The position numbers and the translations under genes were made by a program. Below the pieces are notes generated by a model. The model did not search any database, was not told the origin of the DNA, and saw only the letters and a list, made by a program, of their open reading frames with translations. Positions 59,640 through 64,000 of a stretch of DNA of 64,000 bases are shown here, piece after piece. The first letter of the stretch is position 1. Every line of letters begins with the position of its first letter. Origin of the DNA: Vicinamibacteria bacterium. Its GTDB lineage: Bacteria; Acidobacteriota; Vicinamibacteria; Marinacidobacterales; Marinacidobacteraceae. Where the stretch lies: positions 736,001-800,000 of the forward strand of contig OZ219815.1 of the NCBI GenBank assembly GCA_964291235.2, in the 5' to 3' direction.

Positions 59640-62600
59640 CTAGAACCGCAGGCTGATTCCTACCTGCCCCCGCCGGGTATCGCCGAGCCCGCTGCGGAGC
59701 GATCCGTCGAAGTTGAAGAGCAGCGATCCGGTGTGGCTGTCCAGGAAGTTGTCGGAACCGGTGAGATTGAAGACCTCGAGGATCGGCTCGACGGTGGCGC
59801 CGTTCGGCAACGTGAAGGCGCGTGAGATCCTGAGATCCCAGGTGAAGAACTCGTTGTCGCGCCGCAGCGTGTTCCGGGTCAGGATGGATCCATCGGCGCA
59901 GATGCGGTCCGAGGGCTGATCCGCCCGTTGGCCCGGGCGCGCGCACGCCTCGGAGGCGGGGGAGGCCGACAGGTAGCGGAACACGTTGTTCCAGCTCAGG
60001 TCGCCCGGCAGGGTGATGAGCAGGTAGCCGCTCACCTGGTGGCGGCGGTCGCGGTCCGACCAGCCGAACTCGGGGCCCAGGTTCGAGGCATCTGCGTAAC
60101 GGAAGGTGAAGGGATCGCGCTCGTTGTCGTCGTCCGAGCGATCGAAGGCGAGGGTGTAGTGCGTCTCGAAGGTCAGCGGCCGGTTCCCGAGCGAGCTCCA
60201 GCCGCGGAGCCCGATGGTGAGCGCCCGGTAGCGCGAGCGGGCGCTGCTCTCGGCGACGGTGAGGGCGTTGATGCCGCCGCCGGAGGGGTGGGTGCCAATC
60301 CCGAACGGCGCGCCGAAGGCGGCGTCGTTGCGGTTCACGAACCGGAAGAGCTGGTCGGTCCGGGCATAGACGAAGTTGGCGCTCGCCGCCATCCCGCGAC
60401 CCAGGTCCCGATCCAGCCCGAGACTGAAGGACCAGGTCCGCGGCAGCTCGAGGTTCCGGTCGGCAACCTGGATGTCCGGCAGGAACGGGGGCGTGGTCGA
60501 AGCGTCGAGCTGCCGGTCGATCTCGGGGACCGGACCGAGGAAGGTGTCGGCGCTGCTGCGGAACAGGGTCTGCTGGAAGGCGCCGTTCGTGGAGCGGTGC
60601 TGGGCGAAGACCAGCATCGGGATCCGCGAGACGTAGGAGCCGGCTGCCGCGCGAGCCACGGTGCGGCCGTCGCCGGCGAGATCCCAGGCCACCCCGAGGC
60701 GCGGCTGCAGATTGTCGAGGTCGTTCGGGATCCGCCCGTCCGACGGGAACGCCGGGTCGTCGAGATAGGGCGCGAAGAAGGTGTCTTCCGGTTCGACGAA
60801 GACGTCGGGATGCCAGGTCCCGTCCCAGCGGAGTCCCAGATCCAGCGTGACGCGTTCGCCGGGGTGCCAGGTGTCCTGCAAGAACAGGCCGACCTCATGC
60901 ATGGTTGCCTGCTGGAGCCCGAGCTCGGCCGCGGGGATGCCGGGGACCGTCGCCGATTGCAGGTAGAGAAGCACCGGGCCGGTGATCGCCGCGCCTTCCG
61001 GACAGGCGCCGGCGGTGCCCGCGGACCCGTCCGAGCAGTGCACGTAGCCGCTGCCGTGGGTGACGAAGCCGACGAATCCCTCGACCGAATCGAAGATGTA
61101 GCGGCTGTTCGCCATCCCGATGAACTGCTGCTCCACCCGGGTGCGGTTGTATTCGACCCCGGCCTTGAAGAGATGGGCGCCGGTGGCGTAGGACAGGTTG
61201 TCCACGAGCTGGAACCGATCGTCGGAGCCCGGATCGATGGGCAGGAAGAACGGGAGCCCGATCCGGAAACCGTCGGCGAAGTCCATGGCGATGTCCGGGA
61301 ACGGCCGGCCGCCGAGGCGGTCGAACTGGGGCTGGCCGGGATGCTCGGCTCCCGGCAGGAGCGGGCCGTCGTACCAGCGCGGCCGATCCTCCCGGGCCCA
61401 CTGGATCCGCAACTCGTTCGAGAGCGCGTTGGTGAGCAGCGAGCGGAGGCTCCCGTTCACCGCGTGGGAGTGGTCGCCCTCGATGCCGTTCGCCGAACTG
61501 CCCCAGGAGTCCACGTCGAAGGTGCCGTTCACCTGTTCCGACCAGGTGTAGTTGTATTTGAGCGAGGCCTGGTGGCGGCCGCTCAGGTTGAAGTCCAGCT
61601 TGGCGAGGAGCGACCGGGCGTCGTCGGTGCGGCGGATGGGCCCGAACTCGCCGTCGAAGAGACCGGGCCAACGGGACTGGAGGAAGGCGTCGAGGCGTTC
61701 CAGGTTCGCCGGGTTCGCGACGCGGCGGGTGGTCTGCTTGGTCTCGGATGCCCCCTGCTGGTCGTAGGCCAGGAAGAAGAACGCCCGGTCGCGGGCGAGC
61801 GGGCCCCCGACGGTGGCCCCGAACTGGTTCCGCCCGAAGTCCGGTTTTCCGCCGCCCCGGTCGGCGGAGTACTCGGCCGCGATCTCGTCCCACTGGCCGA
61901 AGTAGTGGCCCGAGCCGCCGAGGTCGTTGGTCCCCGATTTGGTGATGACGTTGATGAAACCGCCCGCCGAGCGGCCGAACTCCGCGGGAGCGCCCTGGTT
62001 CACGATGACCAGCTCGCCGATGGCGTCCTGATTGAAGGTGAACGCGGACCGCTGGCCACCGCGCTGCTCCCCGAAGAAGGGGTTGTTGAAGTCGGCGCCG
62101 TCCACGATGAAGTTGTTGAAGATGCCGCGCTGGCCGTTGATATTGAGCTCGTCGCCGTCAGGACCCTGAGAGATGGAGGCGCCCGGGGTGAGGAGGGTCA
62201 GATCCACGAAGTTGCGGCCGTTGCTCGGCACCGCGTCCACGACCTCTTCGGTGAGGCGCTGGGAGCGGGTGAAGTCGGTGGTTTCGATCGGGGACGGCAG
62301 TTCGCCGAAAACGGTCACCGTTTCGGTGGCCACGATCCGGAGATCGAGGTGGAAGTGGAGCACCTCGCCCACTCGCAGGATCGCGCCTTCGATGCGCTCG
62401 GCCCCGAATTCTCCGGCGGCGGTCACGGTGAGGTCATAGGTGCCCGGGGGCAGCAGACTGCGGACGAACTTCCCGTCGGGGGACGTCTCGACCGTCGTGG
62501 CCAGATCGGTGCCGCGGTGCTGGATCAGGACGATTGCCGCCGGAACCGGATTGCCGAGCGGATCGCTCACCTCGCCGCGAATGACGCCGGTGGTGGTCCC

Positions 62601-62714
62601 CGCCTGGGCGGCGAGATCCGGGGCGTGCAGGCAGACGAGGGCGAGCGCCAGGAACCACCCGGCCCCCGGCCGGAACCGTCCCGGTTTTCGTTTCTTCCCG
62701 CCCCGAAGACCCAC
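59640..62714 (-). CDS. Oar-like TonB-dependent receptor with a carboxypeptidase-regulatory domain
   Basis: GRNFVDLTLLTPG, AEFGRSAGG..NVITKSGTN, NLQPRLG, C-terminal ISLRF. Confidence 0.92.
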   Translation of the reverse strand: MGLRGGKKRKPGRFRPGAGWFLALALVCLHAPDLAAQAGTTTGVIRGEVSDPLGNPVPAAIVLIQHRGTDLATTVETSPDGKFVRSLLPPGTYDLTVTAAGEFGAERIEGAILRVGEVLHFHLDLRIVATETVTVFGELPSPIETTDFTRSQRLTEEVVDAVPSNGRNFVDLTLLTPGASISQGPDGDELNINGQRGIFNNFIVDGADFNNPFFGEQRGGQRSAFTFNQDAIGELVIVNQGAPAEFGRSAGGFINVITKSGTNDLGGSGHYFGQWDEIAAEYSADRGGGKPDFGRNQFGATVGGPLARDRAFFFLAYDQQGASETKQTTRRVANPANLERLDAFLQSRWPGLFDGEFGPIRRTDDARSLLAKLDFNLSGRHQASLKYNYTWSEQVNGTFDVDSWGSSANGIEGDHSHAVNGSLRSLLTNALSNELRIQWAREDRPRWYDGPLLPGAEHPGQPQFDRLGGRPFPDIAMDFADGFRIGLPFFLPIDPGSDDRFQLVDNLSYATGAHLFKAGVEYNRTRVEQQFIGMANSRYIFDSVEGFVGFVTHGSGYVHCSDGSAGTAGACPEGAAITGPVLLYLQSATVPGIPAAELGLQQATMHEVGLFLQDTWHPGERVTLDLGLRWDGTWHPDVFVEPEDTFFAPYLDDPAFPSDGRIPNDLDNLQPRLGVAWDLAGDGRTVARAAAGSYVSRIPMLVFAQHRSTNGAFQQTLFRSSADTFLGPVPEIDRQLDASTTPPFLPDIQVADRNLELPRTWSFSLGLDRDLGRGMAASANFVYARTDQLFRFVNRNDAAFGAPFGIGTHPSGGGINALTVAESSARSRYRALTIGLRGWSSLGNRPLTFETHYTLAFDRSDDDNERDPFTFRYADASNLGPEFGWSDRDRRHQVSGYLLITLPGDLSWNNVFRYLSASPASEACARPGQRADQPSDRICADGSILTRNTLRRDNEFFTWDLRISRAFTLPNGATVEPILEVFNLTGSDNFLDSHTGSLLFNFDGSLRSGLGDTRRGQVGISLRF

Positions 62715-62791
62715 GGCGGAATTCTACGGCGCGGGCGGTATAGCCTGTCCACCGTGCAATCCGGCGGGGCAAGCGCCCGGGAGGCCTGCAG

Positions 62792-64000
62792 ATGAGACGC
62801 ATTCCATGGATTTCCGTAACGATCGCGACAACGATTCTGGCGGGTTGCGCGTCGCCCCCGAGCAGCGAACCGGCACCCCCCGACCTGCTCATCCGGGGCG
62901 CGCGGATCGTGGACGGCACCGGGGGCCCGTGGTTTGGGGGGAACCTCGCCGTCGCCGGCGACACGATCGTGAGCGTCGGGCCGCAAGAACCTGACGCCGC
63001 GAGGGTGATCGACGCCGAGGGACTGGTGTTGGCGCCCGGCTTCATCGACATGCACGCACACTCGGAGTACGGGCTGGTGGTGGATCCGCGCGCCCTCAGC
63101 AAGACCGCACAGGGAGTCACCACCGAGGTCCTCGGAGAGCATCTCTCGGCGGGGCCGGTGCTGGGCCCCGCGGTGGACGACCCGATGATGGTCGCTCCGC
63201 CCATCGAACGGGACTGGACCACACTCGGGGGATATCTCGACCGGCTCGAATTCGCCGGGGTGGGACCGAACGTCGTCTCCTACGTGGGCTCGGGGCAGGT
63301 GCGCGCCTCCGTGATCGGTTACGAAGAGCGCACGGCGACCGAAGAGGAACTCCAGGCGATGGAAGCCCTCGTCGCGCAGGCGATGGAGGAGGGAGCGTTC
63401 GCGCTGGCGAGCGGCATGGCCTACATCCCGAACGCCTTCGCGAGCACCGAGGAGCTGATCCGGCTGACCCGCGTGGCGGCCGGCTACGGCGGTACCTACG
63501 TGAGTCACCTGCGGGGCGGCCTGGAAGGGCTGGCGGAGGGGATCACCATCGCCAGGGAAGCGGGGACCGCACTCGATATCCACCACCTGAACTCCACCTC
63601 GGGAGCGCGCATCCCGGAATACGCGGCGATGATCGCCGAGGCCCGGGCCTCGGGGGTGGACGTGACCGGCAACGTCTATCCCTACATCGCGGGGTGGACC
63701 TACCTGCGCTCGCTGTTGCCGCGCTGGGCCCAGGAAGGGGGCGTGGACCGGATGCTCGGGCGCCTCACCGATCCGGCCGAACGGGAACGGCTCATCGCCG
63801 AACTCAGGGAATCGGAGGCCGCGCGGCCGCGGTGGGCGCGCACGTTCGTGAGTTCGTTCCGCGACGAGGTGGACGGGCTCTCGATTCTGGACCTCGGCGA
63901 AGCACGCGGGACATCGCCCGAAGAGGGGCTTCTCGATCTCCTGATCGAACAGGAGGGCGAGGGGTTCCAGATTTCCTTCGGGAACGAAGAGCCGAACCTC
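62792..64000 (+). CDS. N-acyl-D-amino-acid deacylase family lipoprotein, 3'-truncated by the window edge
   Basis: MRRIPW...ILAGC lipobox, IVDGTG, APGFIDMHAHS, YVSHLRG; frame open to the window end. Confidence 0.88.
   Translation, partial: MRRIPWISVTIATTILAGCASPPSSEPAPPDLLIRGARIVDGTGGPWFGGNLAVAGDTIVSVGPQEPDAARVIDAEGLVLAPGFIDMHAHSEYGLVVDPRALSKTAQGVTTEVLGEHLSAGPVLGPAVDDPMMVAPPIERDWTTLGGYLDRLEFAGVGPNVVSYVGSGQVRASVIGYEERTATEEELQAMEALVAQAMEEGAFALASGMAYIPNAFASTEELIRLTRVAAGYGGTYVSHLRGGLEGLAEGITIAREAGTALDIHHLNSTSGARIPEYAAMIAEARASGVDVTGNVYPYIAGWTYLRSLLPRWAQEGGVDRMLGRLTDPAERERLIAELRESEAARPRWARTFVSSFRDEVDGLSILDLGEARGTSPEEGLLDLLIEQEGEGFQISFGNEEPNL

Overview
GC-rich bacterial chromosome segment, probably Acidobacteriota (inferred from the PadR + ADOP permease pair, VPS10/BNR hydrolase, Oar-type TonB receptor and tmRNA tag ANNDLALAA). 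The backbone is housekeeping and metabolic: pckA, gpmA, amtB-PII-glnA, a CarD-family regulator, ada, tRNA-Met, tRNA-Leu and tmRNA. Three accessory layers stand out. (1) An island of about 7.6 kb, partly lower in GC, next to the tmRNA 3' end. It carries a Ubl-E2-JAB-E1 bacterial ubiquitination operon (Bil/Bub-like) with a divergent HTH + HExxH peptidase pair (CapH/CapP-like), followed by HEPN-like and PD-(D/E)xK-like genes. (2) A metal-handling locus with a multicopper oxidase and three ZnuD-like TonB receptor copies. Two copies are preceded by unannotated 92-aa CxxC...RAPP leader peptides whose stop regions can base-pair with the receptor Shine-Dalgarno. (3) A dense nested set of non-coding repeats: a two-hairpin REP-like family with covariation, tandem arrays, CTAG-flanked MITEs, and a 17-nt sequence repeatedly found inserted in or beside the REP hairpins. 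All calls come from reading the sequence; no database searches were run.
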